Positions 11,122 to 27,900 of a stretch of 64,000 nucleotides of DNA are shown here, one piece after another. A program made the translations under genes and the position numbers. This stretch comes from Macrostomum lignano (lineage: Eukaryota): contig NIVC01001522.1 in assembly GCA_002269645.1 (NCBI GenBank), positions 1 to 64,000 on the forward strand. The letters run 5' to 3'. The notes beneath the pieces were generated by a model. It was not told the DNA's origin. It ran no database searches and was given only the letters and a program-made list of their open reading frames with translations. Positions within the stretch are counted from its first letter, which is position 1; each line of letters begins with the position of its first letter.

Positions 11122-14100
11122 ATGGTAATCCAGTCTGTAGTCCGACGCCAGCAGGCAGCTGTAGATTTCTCTGGTTACTATGACAACCTCTGCGCTCTGC
11201 AGAGCAGCGCCCCGCTACCCTCGGTGAAAGCTCACCTAGCCGAAGGCGTCATCGACATCAACGCCGACAGAATTCGCCACGCCGATTGGGCGCCAGTTCT
11301 GTCGGCTCTGCGACTCAATCGCAGCCTTGAATTCGTTGCTTTTCGTAGTCAATATCACCATCAGCAGCAGCAGCAGCAGCAGAGAGCATCGCGAAAGCAA
11401 CCGGCAGTCTGCAGCAAGGAGATCAGCTACCGACTCTGCTTAAGCCTGCGCGACTGCCTGTCGGGCACGCAGGCTCTCGGCTGTCTGGAACTCGAAGGCA
11501 TCCGACTTCGAGAACGCGACGCGGCAGCTCTGGGTCGCGGCATTGCCGCAAATTCCACGCTAAAAAGTCTGTCCTTGGAGTCAGCTAAGATCGGCGATGT
11601 TGGTGTTGAACACCTGTGCAGGGCGTTGCGTCACGCGGGCAATGTGGCTTTCTTGAATCTGTCCGGCAATGGTCTTACCTGGCGCGCTGTGGACGAACTG
11701 GGCAGACTTATTGGCTTTCAGGTAGTTTTTTGTAGTTTTTGTCGTGTTTATCATAATGAATTGCTGACATTTCATTTGAGGAATGGAGCCTAGAGGTCAG
11801 AGCGTCGGACTCACGACTGGAAGGTCGGAGGTTCGATTCTTGAACCACTCGGAAAAATTTGTGTCCTCGAGCAAGACACTTAAATCTTGCGTCGCTTCAG
11901 TTCACCCAGCTGTAAAATGGGTGCCAGCATTAGCTGGGGTAATTGAGGGTGTGTGTGGTGACTCCCCCCCCGAGTCCTTGGACTGAACAGCCGTACGCAG
12001 CCTTCAGATGCGCCGCGCAATGGCTGCGGCTGAGCTGTCGGTTGCACATCTGCGCATTATAGCTGCCTGTAATAATCATTTTTATGCACATGTACATGTA
12101 CAGATAACACGCCCACTTCGCGCTTCTCAACCGCAGGCCACCAGTCGGCACAACGAGGCCTGGCGCGACAGCCTTCGCTACCGACGACCGAATTTCGACA
12201 GCATGCACGGCCTGAGACGAATCGCGTTGAACAATAATCCGTTAATTGACGACCAGGGCGCTCAGGTGTTGGCCGACGCACTTAAAGACGACCTGTGGGT
12301 CAAAGCGATCGACTTGCAGGGCTGCGGCATTGGAAATGCGGGAGCCAAGAGTCTGCTGGCTGTGCTCAAATTGAATACGACTCTGGTGGTGCTGGACTTG
12401 CGACGGAATCACCTTATTGATAAGGATCTGCTGCACGCTCTCACTGAGCAGGTGAGGGTGAAGCCGAAACACTTGATTTGTTTATTAGCTGCCTGAGGTT
12501 ATCGTTCTCTGTGTTTGTGTTTATCAATCGGTTTAGTTTGTGTTTCTCAATCTGTTTGAAGTTTGTGTTTATCAATCTGTTTGAAGTTTGTGTTTATCAA
12601 TCTGGTTGAAGTTTGTGTTTATCAATCGGTTTGAAGTTTGTGTTTAGCAATCTGTTTGAAGTTTGTGTTTATCAATCTGGTTGAAGTTTGTGTTTATCAA
12701 TCTGGTTGAAGTTTGTGTTTATCAATCGGTTTGAAGTTTGTGTTTAGCAATCTGTTTGAAGTTTGTGTTTATCAATCTGTTTGAAGTTTGTGTTTATCAA
12801 TTGGTTTGAAGTTTGTGTTTCTCAATCTGTTTGAAGTTTGTGTTTATCAATTGGTTTGAAGTTTGTGTTTATCAATCTGGTTGAAGTTTGTGTTTATCAA
12901 TCTGTTTGAAGTTTGTGTTTATCAATCTGTTTGAAGTTTGTGTTTATCAATCTGTTTGAAGTTTGTGTTTATCAATTGGTTTGAAGTTTGTGTTTCTCAA
13001 TTGGTTTGAAGTTTGTGTTTATCAATTGGTTTGAAGTTTGTGTTTCTCAATCTGTTTGAAGTTTGTGTTTATCAATTGGTTTGAAGTTTGTGTTTATCAA
13101 TCTGTTTGAAGTTTGTGTTTATCAATTGGTTTGAAGTTTGTGTTTATCAATCTGTTTGAAGTTTGTGTTTATCAATCTGTTTGAAGTTTGTGTTTATCAA
13201 TCTGTTTGAAGTTTGTGTTTATCAATCTGTTTGAAGTTTGTGTTTATCAATCTGTTTGAAGTTTGTGTTTATCAATCTGTTTGAAGTTTGTGTTTATCAA
13301 TCTGTTTGAAGTTTGTGTTTATCAATTTAGTTGAAAGTTTGTGTTTATCAATCGGTTTAGGTTGGTTTATTAAGTGTTCAAGTTTGTGTCTATAAATTGG
13401 ATAAGGTTTGTGAAATTAAGTATTTTAATTGACTCTCAAACTTTGTTCCTGTTATCTTTACAACCGTTTGATTATTAGCTCGTAATTAATTACTTTTTTA
13501 CAACCTCCAATTAGCACCTGTAATGACACGTAATTGTTCCCCAACACCTGCCGCGCTCAGGTAATTGTTAACGGCGACGGAAAAGACTCCGAATTCAAAT
13601 GGCAGAAATTGGAGCCTGTGGAATCGTCGGCTCAGAATGGCGCATCGGCGGCGTCCTTTGATCTTCAAGGCAGGCGGCGGCGACATCAAATGCCGCAGAC
13701 GAGTCGCTCTGTCCGGCCCGGCCGGCCAGCTTTCCGTCCGGCGGGCGTCAGCAGACTGCGAAGTCGCAGCGCTGAGCCGCGCGGAGGCGAAGGCTACTAT
13801 GGCGGCTCGGAGGCCTTTTGGCCTACCGCTGACGGGCACAGAGGCGGGGGCGCCTCTAGCGGCAGGCGTGTCGGTATTCCGTGGCGCACGGCGCAGCGTG
13901 CCTCGCGCTACAAGGGTGAGCTCTCTTTTACTTCTGGTTCTCGTCTGCTGGTTCTCATTTTTCCTGTTCTTCGCGCGTTAATTAGGAAGCCGGTTCCTAC
14001 CTCCTGTCGCTTAGATTGGTTCCTACTTCCGGTTGCTTAGTTTAGTTCCTACTTCCGGTTGCTTAGATTGGTTCCTACTTCCGATTGCTTATATTGGTTC

Positions 14101-17100
14101 CTACTTCCGGTTGCTTTGTTTTGTTCCTACTTCTGATTGCTTAGTTTATTTCCTACTTCCGGCTGCTTAGTTTAGTTCTACTTCCGGTTTCTTAAATTTG
14201 TTCCTACTTCCGGTTGCTTAGTTTAGTTCTACTTCCGGTTGCTTGAATTTTTTCCTACTTCCGGTTGCTTAGTTTTGTTCCTACTTCCGATTGCTTAGAT
14301 TGGTTCCTACTTCCGATTGCTAAGATTGGTTCCTACTTCCGATTGTTTAGATTGGTTCCTACTTCCGATTGCTTAGATTGGTTCTTAATTCCGGTTGCTT
14401 AGATTGGTTCCTACTTCCGGTTGCTTAGATTGGTTCCTACTTCCGATTGCTTAAATTTGTTCCTACTTCCGGTTGCTTAGATTGGTTCCTACTTCCGGTT
14501 GCTTAGATTGGTTCCTACTTTCGGTTGCTTAAATTTGTTCCTACTTCCGGCTGCTTAGTTTAGTTCTACTTCCGGTTGCTTAAATTTGTTCCTACTTCCG
14601 GTTGCTTAGTTTTGTTCCTACTTCCGGTTGCTTAGTTTTGTTCCTACTTCCGATTGCTTAGATTGGTTCCTACTTCCGATTGCTTAGATTGGTTCCTACT
14701 TTCGGTTGCTTAGATACTACTTCCGATTGCTTAGATTGGTTCCTACTTCCGGTTGCTTAGATTGGTTTCTACTTCCGATTGCTTAGATTGTTTCCTACTT
14801 CCGATTGCTTAGTTTATTTCCTACTTCCGGTTGCTTATTTTAATTCGATTTCACATGGGTTCACACATTTCAATTGTAGCTACGTGGGCCGTACGATCGA
14901 CTATGTGCCTCCATACAGTATCAGTGCCCTAAAAATCTGATAATCATGAGTTCTTCATCATCATCTTTCCCATCCCAGGCTACCCCAGCAACCACACGCC
15001 GGGCAAGAGCCACCTGGAGGAGAAGACCAGCCCCATGGCCACGCCCAGAACTGCAGCCGATTTGGACGAGCCTCTCCGACCTCGCCAGCAGATTGTCGAC
15101 GAGGACGACAATTTTGTAGACATCGACGATGAGCAGTCAGGCGACGAGGAGGACGCCACGGTGGTGTCCCCGCTGGTCAAGGAGATGGAGGAGGCGCCGC
15201 CGGCGCCTAGCGCCATCAAGGCGCTGAAAATCGAGCTGGCTAATCAGCGCCGACGGCTCCGTCGCGAGTCGGCCTGTCGACAGCGTGCCGACGAAGAGGC
15301 TCGCCGACTTCGGGCGGAGAATTCGGCGTTGAAACGTCAGCTTGAGCAGCGGATCCGGGAGGCTGGCAGGGGCGGCGGAGCCAGCCTCCTGCAGGATGAG
15401 GAACTGTTGGAGAGCATTGAGACTTCTTTTAGGAGGTTTCATAAATTTCTGGATATATTAAGGGATGCGGGTGAGTGCAGGCGGTGGGAATAGATGGATG
15501 AGATGTGCTGACGTCATTTGGAGGACTGTCATTAAGCGGATGTCAAAGGGATAGGGTTAGATATCAGACAGATAGAGTTAGATATCAGACAGATAGGGTT
15601 AGATGTCAGACAGATAGGGCTAGATATCAGACAGATAGAGTTAGATATCAGACAGATAGGGTTAAATATCAGACAGATAGGGCTAGATATCAGACAGATA
15701 GGGTTAGATATCAGACAGATATGGTTAGATATCAGACAGATAGGGTTAGATATCAGACAGATAGGGTTAGATGTCAGACAGATAGGGCTAGATATCAGAC
15801 AGATAGAGTTAGATATCAGACAGATAGGGTTAGATATCAGACAGATAGGGCTAGATATCAGACAGATAGGGTTAGATATCAGACAGATAGGGTTAGATAT
15901 CAGACAGATAGGGTTAGATATCAGACAGATAGGGCTAGATATCAGACAGATAGGGTTAGATATCAGTCAGATAGGGCTAGATATCAGACAGATAGGGTTA
16001 GATATCAGACAGAAAGGGTTAGATATCAGGGTTAGATATCAGACAGATAGGGTTAGATATCAGGGTTAGATATCAGACAGATAGGGTTAGATATCAGACA
16101 GATAGGGTTATATCAGACAAATAGGGTTAGATATCAGACAGATAGGGTTAGATATCAGACAGAAAGGGTTAGATATCAGACAGATAGGGTTAGATATCAG
16201 ACAGATAGGGTTAGATATCAGACAGATAGGGTTAGATATCAGACAGATAGGGATAGATATCAGGGTTAGATGTCAGACAGATAGGGTTAGATATCAGACA
16301 GATAGGGTTAGATATCAGACAGATAGAGTTAGATATCAGACAGATAGGGATAGATATCAGGGTTAGATGTCAGACAGATAGGGTTAGATATCAGACAGAT
16401 AGGGTTAGATATCAGACAGATAGAGTTAGATATCAGACAGATAGGGATAGATATCAGGGTTAGATGTCAGACAGATAGGGTTAGATATCAGACAGATAGG
16501 GTTAGATATCAGACAGATAGGGTTAGATATCAGACAGATAGGGATAGATATCAGGGTTAGATATCAGACAGATAGGGTTAGATATCAGACAGATAGGGTT
16601 AGATATCAGACAAATAGGGTTAGATATCAGACAGAAAGGGTTAGATATCAGACAGAAAGGGTTAGATATCAGACAGATAGGGTTAGATATCAGACAGATA
16701 GGGTTAGATATCAGACAGATAGAGTTAGATATCAGACAGATAGGGTTAGATATCAGACAGATAGGGCTAGATATCAGACAGATAGGGTTAGATATCAGAC
16801 AAATAGGGTTAGATATCAGACAGAAAGGGTTAGATATCAGACAGAAAGGGTTAGATATCAGACAGATAGGGTTAGATATCAGACAGATAGGGATAGATAT
16901 CAGGGTTAGATGTCAGACAGATAGGGTTAGATGTCAGACAGATAGGGTTAGATATCAGACAGATAGGGTTAGATATCAGACAGATAGGGTTAGATATCAG
17001 ACAGATAGGGTTAGATATCAGACAGAATTCCGCCAGCTCAACAAAGCCAATCCCTGTCTCCGCAGGCCTAGGCAGAGTGGTCACAGCCGCAGGCATGGAC

Positions 17101-19080
17101 AATTTACCAAGCGGACTCAATTTGGCTGACAGAGCTGTTTCGACTGGCGCCGGTCCAAGTGCCGCTGCCGTGGAGTCCCCTGGACAGAGACAGCAGCAGC
17201 AGCAGCAGCAACGCCAGCCTCCTCGTGGCAGACCAGCGGCCAAGAACCCTTCACCCGCTGCTCGTAGCAAGAAGCCTCAGCAACAGCAGAAGCGACAACA
17301 GTCGAGAAATGCTGACAATCTCGTCGATACGAATTCCGCAGCTGTTGGTGCCGACTCCTTGCAGTTCGACGACGCTAACGGGGACGAGATGTACAGCAGG
17401 GCTACCAGGGTTAAGCGGGATGCCGATCAGACATATGACCGGCTGAGGAGGCACCTGCAGCTGGCTAGGGATCAGGAGCTGCTGACTGGTGAGCTGCTTG
17501 GGTTGTCTCTGGGTTGGGACTGGATGTCTCTGGATTGGGACTGGGTGTCTGGGTTGGGACTGGGTGTCTCAGGGTTGGGACTGGGTGTCTCTGGGTTGGG
17601 ACTGGGTGTGTCTCTGGGTTGGGACTGGATGTCTCTGGGTTGGGACTGGGTGTCTCAGGGTTGGGACTGGGTGTCTCTGGGTTGGGACTGGGTGTCTCTG
17701 GGTTGGGACTGGGTGTGTCTCTGGGTTGGGACTGGATGTCTCTGGGTTGGGACTGGGTGTGTCTCTGGGTTGGGACTGGGTGTGTCTGGGTTGGGACTGG
17801 GTGTGTCTCTGGGTTGGGACTGGGTGTGTCTCTGGGTTGGGACTGGGTGTCTCTGGGTTGGGACTGGGTGTGTCTCTGGGTTGGGACTGGATGTCTCTGG
17901 GTTGGGACTGGGTGTGTCTCTGGGTTGGGACTGGGTGTGTCTGGGTTGGGACTGGGTGTGTCTCTGGGTTGGGACTGGGTGTGTCTCTGGGTTGGGACTG
18001 GGTGTCTCTGGGTTGGGACTGGGTGTGTCTCTGGGTTGGGACTGGGTGTCTCTGGGTTGGGACTGGGTGTGTCTCTGGGTTGGGACTGGATGTCTCTGGG
18101 TTGGGACTGGATGTCTCTGGGTTGGGACTGGGTGTGTCTGGGTTGGGACTGGGTGTGTCTCTGGGTTGGGACTGGGTGTGTCAGGGTTGGGACTGGGTGT
18201 GTCTCTGGGGTGGGACTGGGTGTGTCTGGGTTGGGACTGGGTGTGTCTCTGGGGTGGGACTGGGTGTGTCTGGGTTGGGACTGGGTGTGTCTCTGGGGTG
18301 AGACTGGGGGCGTCTGGGTTGGGACTGGGTGTGTCTCTGGGTGGGACTGAGTGTGTCTGGGTTGGGACTGGGTGTGTCTGGGTTGGGACTGGGTGTGTCT
18401 CTGGGGTGGGACTGGGGGTGTCTGGGTTGGGACTGGGTGTGTCTGGGTTGGGACTGGGTGTGTCTCTGGGGTGGGACTGGGGGTGTCTGGGTTGGGACGG
18501 GGTGTCTCTGGGGTGGGACTGGGTGTCTCTGGGGTGGGACTGGGTGTCTCTGGGTTGGGACGGGGTGTCTCTGGGTTGGAACCAGTTGCCTTTCTGGTGC
18601 TGGTTGGCACCAGGTGTCCCAGAGCTCAGCTTTTCTGTCCCGCCCGCCAACCCAGGTGACCAGGTGCTGCAGGACCTGGGGCCATCCGGTCAGCAGCCGC
18701 TGCTCCAGCCTGCTGCACCATCGTCGGCAGCGGCAGCTGATTCCGCGGTTGTCGCCGAGCGGCAGCAACATCAACCAACTGCAGACTCCGGCGACGCCTT
18801 TCAACAGCGGCACCAGCTGCAGTTCAACGATTTCCCAGACTCCGACGCTGAGGATGAAGGCGCCGCCTCCAGGGGCCCGTCGGCAGCGGCGGCGGCGGCC
18901 GCGCAGTCGATAACTCCGCCGCCGCCTCCTGTGCTGTCGCCGCCATCGCAACAGCTGGAGGCTGAGGACGCTGCTCAGGAATTTGAGGAGGAAATCGAAG
19001 AGGAGGACGTCGGCGACACGGGGCGCAGCGGCGGAGGGGCGTACAGCTACGCTGATAGCTTTGACGCCTCTAGCGCCTGA
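11122..19080 (+). CDS. CEP78: Centrosomal protein 78 (LRR + coiled coil), 6 exons
   Basis: Exons 11122-11721, 12137-12451, 13561-13915, 14979-15470, 17066-17488, 18656-19080 (alternative in-frame acceptor 18614). Motifs LCALQSSAPLP, WRDSLRYRRPNFDSMHGLRRIALN, IPWRTAQRA and FHKFLDILRDAGLG match CEP78 as I recall it. Confidence 0.92.
11785..12075 (+). mobile_element. tRNA-derived SINE with CORE(MIR)-like domain, in CEP78 intron 1
   Basis: A-box-like tagaggtcagagcg and B-box ggttcgattc (11830). These are followed by gtgtcctcgagcaagacacttaa...cagctgtaaaatggg, resembling the MIR CORE. A second partial copy lies at 19249. Confidence 0.7.
12510..13345. repeat. 25-bp minisatellite in CEP78 intron 2
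   Basis: (gaagtttgtgtttatcaatctgttt)n. Confidence 0.95.
13985..14840. repeat. 26-bp minisatellite in CEP78 intron 3
   Basis: (ggttcctacttccggttgcttagatt)n. Confidence 0.95.
15545..17025. repeat. 21-bp minisatellite in CEP78 intron 4
   Basis: (gatatcagacagatagggtta)n. Confidence 0.95.
17495..18580. repeat. 21/23-bp G-rich minisatellite in CEP78 intron 5
   Basis: (gggttgggactgggtgtctct)n. Confidence 0.95.
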
Positions 19081-19248
19081 TTGTTAGCATCGTAAACTTA
19101 GCTGGTTTTAGTTTTAATAAACTATTTAGCTGTAAAAGTACGTTGTGTCTTTTCATTGGTTTATCATCAAACAAAATTGGTTGTAGCTTTAGTAGTTAGA
19201 AAAATCGATTTTCGACCTACTTGATAAGATTTGTAACTCTGCATTGAT

Positions 19249-19362
19249 TCAGTTCACCCAGCTGTAAAATGTGTGCCAGCATTAGCTAATTGAGGGTGTG
19301 TGGCGACCCCTCCCAGTCCTTGGACAATAGCTGCGGCTGAGCTGTCGGTTGCACACATCTTA
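19249..19362 (+). mobile_element. 5'-truncated copy of the same SINE
   Basis: cagttcacccagctgtaaaatg..gccagcattagct..aattgagggtgtgtgg..gctgcggctgagctgtcggttgcaca matches 11898-12048 with internal deletions. Confidence 0.75.
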
Positions 19363-19844
19363 GCCGACTCTTGTGACTTTTTTAACGACCTTTTTAACGA
19401 CTTACTGTGGATTGGGGATTGGCCCTCATGGATGTAAGACAAACCCCCAAATCGAAATTTTCAATCAATCTTCATTCTTTACATTGTATCAATTTAAATC
19501 TAAGTAAACTACTAAATCTTGCTACTAACAGTAGGTTTAATGTAAATTGTTTCCGTAAATTTTTCAGGCTAGCACTTTTTGTCGTACATTCCATTTGCTC
19601 CCTGCTGTGCAGTCTTTTTTTGAGTTCCCGTTCGATTTCTGAGCTGGGACTCTCTTTTAAAACGTTTTGTTGCACGTCAGTTTCATTTTTTTCAAAACTT
19701 AAAAAATAACTAAAATATTATAAGACTACGTCCGTCCAAATAAAATTTATTAATTTTTATAGTTACAGCAAAATTCTGGTTTGTTTGTTTTACTTTTTGA
19801 AACTTGAAGATTTTTAAAATCTAGTATAGGGGTCAGCAAACTTT

Positions 19845-20815
19845 GAGAGAGGAGAGAAGGGGAGAGAGTAGGGAAGGGGAGAGAGTAGGGAAGGGGGAGA
19901 GTAGGGAAGGGGAGAGAGTAGAGAAGGGGAGAGAGTAGAGAAGGGGAGAGAGTAGGGAAGGGGAGAGAGTAGGGAAGGGGAGAGAGTAGGGAAGGGAAGA
20001 GAGTAGGGAAGGGGAGAGAGTAGGGAAGGGTAGAGAGTAGGGAAGGGGAGAGAGTAGAGAAGGGGAGAGAGTAGGGAAGGGGAGAGAGTAGAGAAGGGGA
20101 GAGAGTAGGGAAGGGGAGAGAGTAGAGAAGGGGAGAGAGTAGGGAAGGGGAGAGAGTAGGGAAGGGGAGAGAGTAGGGAAGGGGAGAGAGTAGGGAAGGG
20201 TAGAGAGTAGAGAAGGGGAGAGAGTAGGGAAGGGGAGAGAGTAGGGAAGGGGAGAGAGTAGGGAAGGGTAGAGAGTAGGGAAGGGGAGAGAGTAGAGAAG
20301 GGGAGAGAGTAGGGAAGGGGAGAGAGTAGGGAAGGGGAGAGAGTAGGGAAGGGGAGAGAGTAGGGAAGGGTAGAGAGTAGGGAAGGGGAGAGAGTAGAGA
20401 AGGGGAGAGAGTAGGGAAGGGGAGAGAGTAGGGAAGGGGAGAGAGTAGAGAAGGGGAGAGAGTAGGGAAGGGGAGAGAGTAGGGAAGGGGAGAGAGTAGG
20501 GAAGGGGAGAGAGTAGGGAAGGGGAGAGAGTAGGGAAGGGGAGAGAGTAGAGAAGGGGAGAGAGTAGGGAAGGGGAGAGAGTAGGGAAGGGTAGAGAGTA
20601 GGGAAGGGGAGAGAGTAGGGAAGGGGAGAGAGTAGGGAAGGGGAGAGAGTAGGGAAGGGGAGAGAGTAGGGAAGGGTAGAGAGTAGGGAAGGGGAGAGAG
20701 TAGAGAAGGGGAGAGAGTAGGGAAAGGGAGAGAGTAGAGAAGGGGAGAGAGTAGGGAAGGGGAGAGAGTAGGGAAGGGGAGAGAGTAGGGAAGGGGAGAG
20801 TAGGGAAGTGGGGAG
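19845..20815. repeat. 17-bp polypurine minisatellite
   Basis: (gggaaggggagagagta)n. Confidence 0.95.
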
Positions 20816-21029
20816 TGAAGAGCGCTGAGAAGAGACACGAATCTTGAGCTGTCGGATTAATATTGTGAAGTTTCCAAGGACCCGAGGGCCGGATAGTGAG
20901 ACTGCGAGCCGGAGTTGTCTGAGTCCTGATCTAAGCACTTAGGTAGCTTTAATTCAAGATGTCTTAGCAGCCAATGTGCAGTGTAAGTAAGGATCTGTAC
21001 CTGCATTTTCATCTGCATGCACGACCTTC

Positions 21030-24144
<3,115 letters not shown>

Positions 24145-24339
24145 ACCAACCCGAATAACTTTTGCTGTGCTCTTAGTTTTCATGGTTTTAATGGTGGCTG
24201 AATTGTTTTAAAGCTTTTTGTGCTAAGCATTGCATTGCCCTGACGTGCATTGAGCCGTCATCATTTTTGCCTGTCTAATAATTTTAACAATACTGCATCC
24301 AATCCGCTCTTTCCCTCCTCATCCACTCTTCTACTCATC

Positions 24340-24940
24340 CGCTGTCTCCTTTCTTATCCGCCCCCCTACTCATCCGCTCCCCCCTACTCATCCGCCCCCC
24401 CCCTACTCATCCGCTCCCCCCTACTCATCCGCCCCCTACTCATCCGCTCCCCCCTACTCATCCGCTCTCCCCTACTCATCCGCTCCCCCCTACTCATCCG
24501 CTCCCCCCTACTCATCCGCTCCCCCCCTACTCATCCGCATCCCTACTCATCCGCTCCCCCCTACTCATCCGCTCCCCCTACTCATCCGCTCCCCCCTACT
24601 CATCCGCTCCCCCTACTCATCTGCTCCCCCTACTCATCCGCTCCCCCCCTACTCATCTGCTCCCCCTACTCATCCGCTCCCCCCTACTCATCCGCCCCTA
24701 CTCATCCGCCCCCTACTCATCCGCCCCCCTACTCATCCACCCCCTACTCATCCGCTCCCCCCTACTCATCCGCTCCCCCCTACTCATTCACTCTCTCCCC
24801 TACTCATCCACTCTCTCCCCTACTCATTCACTCTCTCCCCTACTCATCCGCTGTCTTCCTACTCATCCGCTCCCCCCTACTCATCCACTCTCTCCCCTAC
24901 TCATCCACTCTCTCCCCTACTCATTCACTGTCTCCCTACT
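24340..24940. repeat. 18-19-bp C-rich minisatellite
   Basis: (ccccctactcatccgctc)n. Confidence 0.9.
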
Positions 24941-27900
24941 CGTCCTTTCCCACTTTCATAAATGCTTTCATCTCACTCCGGAGAGTATCCATTTTTTGAG
25001 TTGTTTTTCCCAATTAAATGCATTGCTATTGCTGCTGACTTGCTGCCTATCAGCTGTGAGCTCAGTGACTCTTTGCTATCGAATTTTTAGTCATTTTGCA
25101 ACAAGCTGATGTTTAGTCTACGCTGTTGTTAGCAAATTATGGGATTTTTCAATTTTGGAGCCGTGATTCTTTTGAGCAAGGTGTGTCATTACTAGTCATT
25201 CGTAATAACTATAGCTAATTTTTTATCACTTACGAACTTTGGAATACTTTTTGCATTGATTGGTGAAAGTCAGTATTGTGCTTTTAACATAACTAACTGA
25301 TTAATAATAATTTAATTAGACTCAAAGAAATTCTTGATTCAGCCTATCAACTTCTACTCGTAGTGGTTTATTCTGTTTGAGTTTATGCAATAATCTTAAA
25401 CCGGTCATGTACATTCAGAGTGTACATGCAGCGATCCGGACTTTCTCATAGTCAGACAGTCAGGCGCAACCGAAAAACAATCCAGCTATGACTTAATTCT
25501 GCGTATTTATCAGTACAAAGTAAGTTTAAACCAGAAGACTTAAAATAAAACTGAAAAAATTTCATTTTCTGTTAGATCGTGTCTATAACATGCTACAGTG
25601 GACCAGTTGTAAAGTGTTGGGGTTGGTGCCACAGCAACTCTTGAATGTGGCTCTGCAGCAACTGCTTGAGGAAACTTGTGGTTTCGGTCGATACTCCTGG
25701 CTGACTGAAAATTAAAATGGTGTAGAAAGTCGTCTATCAGCTACTGTATAGGAAGCGAAGCAACTCCCAAGAAAGCTACTGCTAAGTTGCGTGTATTAGG
25801 AACTCAATTTTCGCAGGTATGCTTAGTATCAGTACATAAACTTTCTCAAGAAAAAAGACTGCAAGATGTTTTTTGGATTAGCGAAACTAAAGAATGTCAA
25901 ACCATATAATACTTCGATACAATCATCATTCTTGAAATGCATTCCTACTGATAGTCTTACTGATTCAGTAGTGCACATACACCTGTATGATGGGTTTCGA
26001 CCTTCCGGCCCCCTTGTGGGGAAGCTTTCGGGCCTCAGGTCTCAGAAATAAATCAATTAGAGTCCTGGCCCCCACTCCTGTCAGATGGTCAGCCCCATGG
26101 TAGCTTGATCGTGTGGTGAGCAGTCTAGGTCCTATAGCTGAGAGAGGGACAGCGAGAGACGAGCAGGGAGAATTTTGAAAGTAGAAATCAGCTAATCCGC
26201 AGATCAACTAACTTGCTGCCACCAGCCCGTGCGCCCTGGCTCACCACACCGGGACTCTCGAAATCGGGCTTCCGACTAGAAGGGGCTTTGCACTTACCTG
26301 CCAACTAGTGTATTTTTGCTGTCAATCTCGAAGTCATAGCCGATGATAAGGGACACTGCTGGGACTAGATCGCATTGGCCATGCAGGTACAGAGGGGACT
26401 TGTGCAGGGGATTCTTGCAGTGGCGAGTCTATGGGGTAGCTACATGTACTATTACATTGCTAAATACGAAGAATTGTACTTTTGGCCTTCAACGCGCCAA
26501 CTAGCCTCTCATAGCGCTGATGATAGACTAACTCGAACTTCAGAGACCGCATGATTCATTACCCGAGCCGCTTGGCGAACCTAGAGTGCACAGAGTACAT
26601 CTCTGGCGCCGATTTCGCACTATTGGCAATTTTGCTCATTGATTTGATAGGTTGATCGACTGAGAACTGCCTTGCCATTGGTCCACTGTGACCGGCGCCT
26701 ACTAGCTTAGCTACTCATCTGAGCCATCGGCGAACAAAGAAATAAAACCGATAAAAATAACTGTTAGATTTAACCTCCTCCTTAGATCAATCACTTCACA
26801 CTTCAGATTGAATTGGAGTTTTAGACTACTAGCAGTATTATTGAATGACTTCTGCCTCAGCAACAGCACTACTGAACAAAGTGAGCAAAAGTGTGCGCCT
26901 AATTCAGCTACTGAAACAGGGGACAGATAAGGAATCACCCAATCAAGCAAGTCCAGGTAGCCTCTCACCCAACCAATCAGAAACTCAACAGCCGGAGACC
27001 AGGAAATCCACAGTGACCGAATCGGCTTGATGCTTCGCAGCTGTAGACTCAGAATGATGCGCGCTGACACAATCTTCGCTGATAGCTAGCAGGTGATGAT
27101 CTTAACTTTGATGTTCGCTGCTGGTGACCGGGGGACTCGTCCTTGATGATGAGGGGGGAAGTCGCAATCCGGGGATCAAGAAACGACGGTCGGGCTCCGG
27201 GAACCAGAAATGTCGGGAAGGTTCCTCCGCGGGAGAGCCGGTTGAGCCGGTTGAGGTCCGAGCGGGCCAAAAACACCGGTTTAAATAGCCGCCAACTGGA
27301 CCACAGTTTGTTATAATGTAACACGTCGATTCTGATTGGCTGAGCCGTTTTGTTAAATTGAGCGCCGAATTTTCTGATTGGCTAAGCTGGTTGCTACCCA
27401 GAATCACGTGACCGGGAGATCCTATCAGTTCCCACAGGATCGTAAAAAGATGACAGGTGCGGCCATAAATCAATCAAAATCGCAACAAAATGATTTATGA
27501 CTTTTCGCGTAGGATTAACAGAAATTAATGAAAAAATATACATTAGAAAGCTCTTATTAAATAGAAAGTGAAGATAATGAAGAGAAACCGCTAATCGCTA
27601 ATCCCAAAGTACTTTTAGAGGTAAAACGCATAGCTGTCAAAGCTGTCACACGCTTGAGTGAACACGAACAATAGGCTCTGACCTCATAAATCTTGATGGC
27701 CTGTCAAAATGATGAGAAAAAAGCTACCGCCCGCATCCTCTCAGACCATCTGGCGCCCGCCTCAACACTGAGTGAGGCGCAGGTGGCTGTCAGACCAGCT
27801 TCGAAAGCGATGATTTATGACCCAAAAAGCTGCACCTATGTTATTATGACTACTAGTATGACCAGACATTATATCTAGTATAGATTCTATGACAATTCGC

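Noticed and set aside
11785-11850. Functional tRNA gene
   Set aside because: A/B boxes are present but no convincing acceptor stem. It continues into a SINE body that is repeated elsewhere.
12510-17025. Regular repeats as a CRISPR array
   Set aside because: Head-to-tail units with no unique spacers, in a eukaryotic intron context, and no cas genes.
19750-20938. 362- and 374-aa SPLPYSLPFPTL ORFs
   Set aside because: 17-bp polypurine array.
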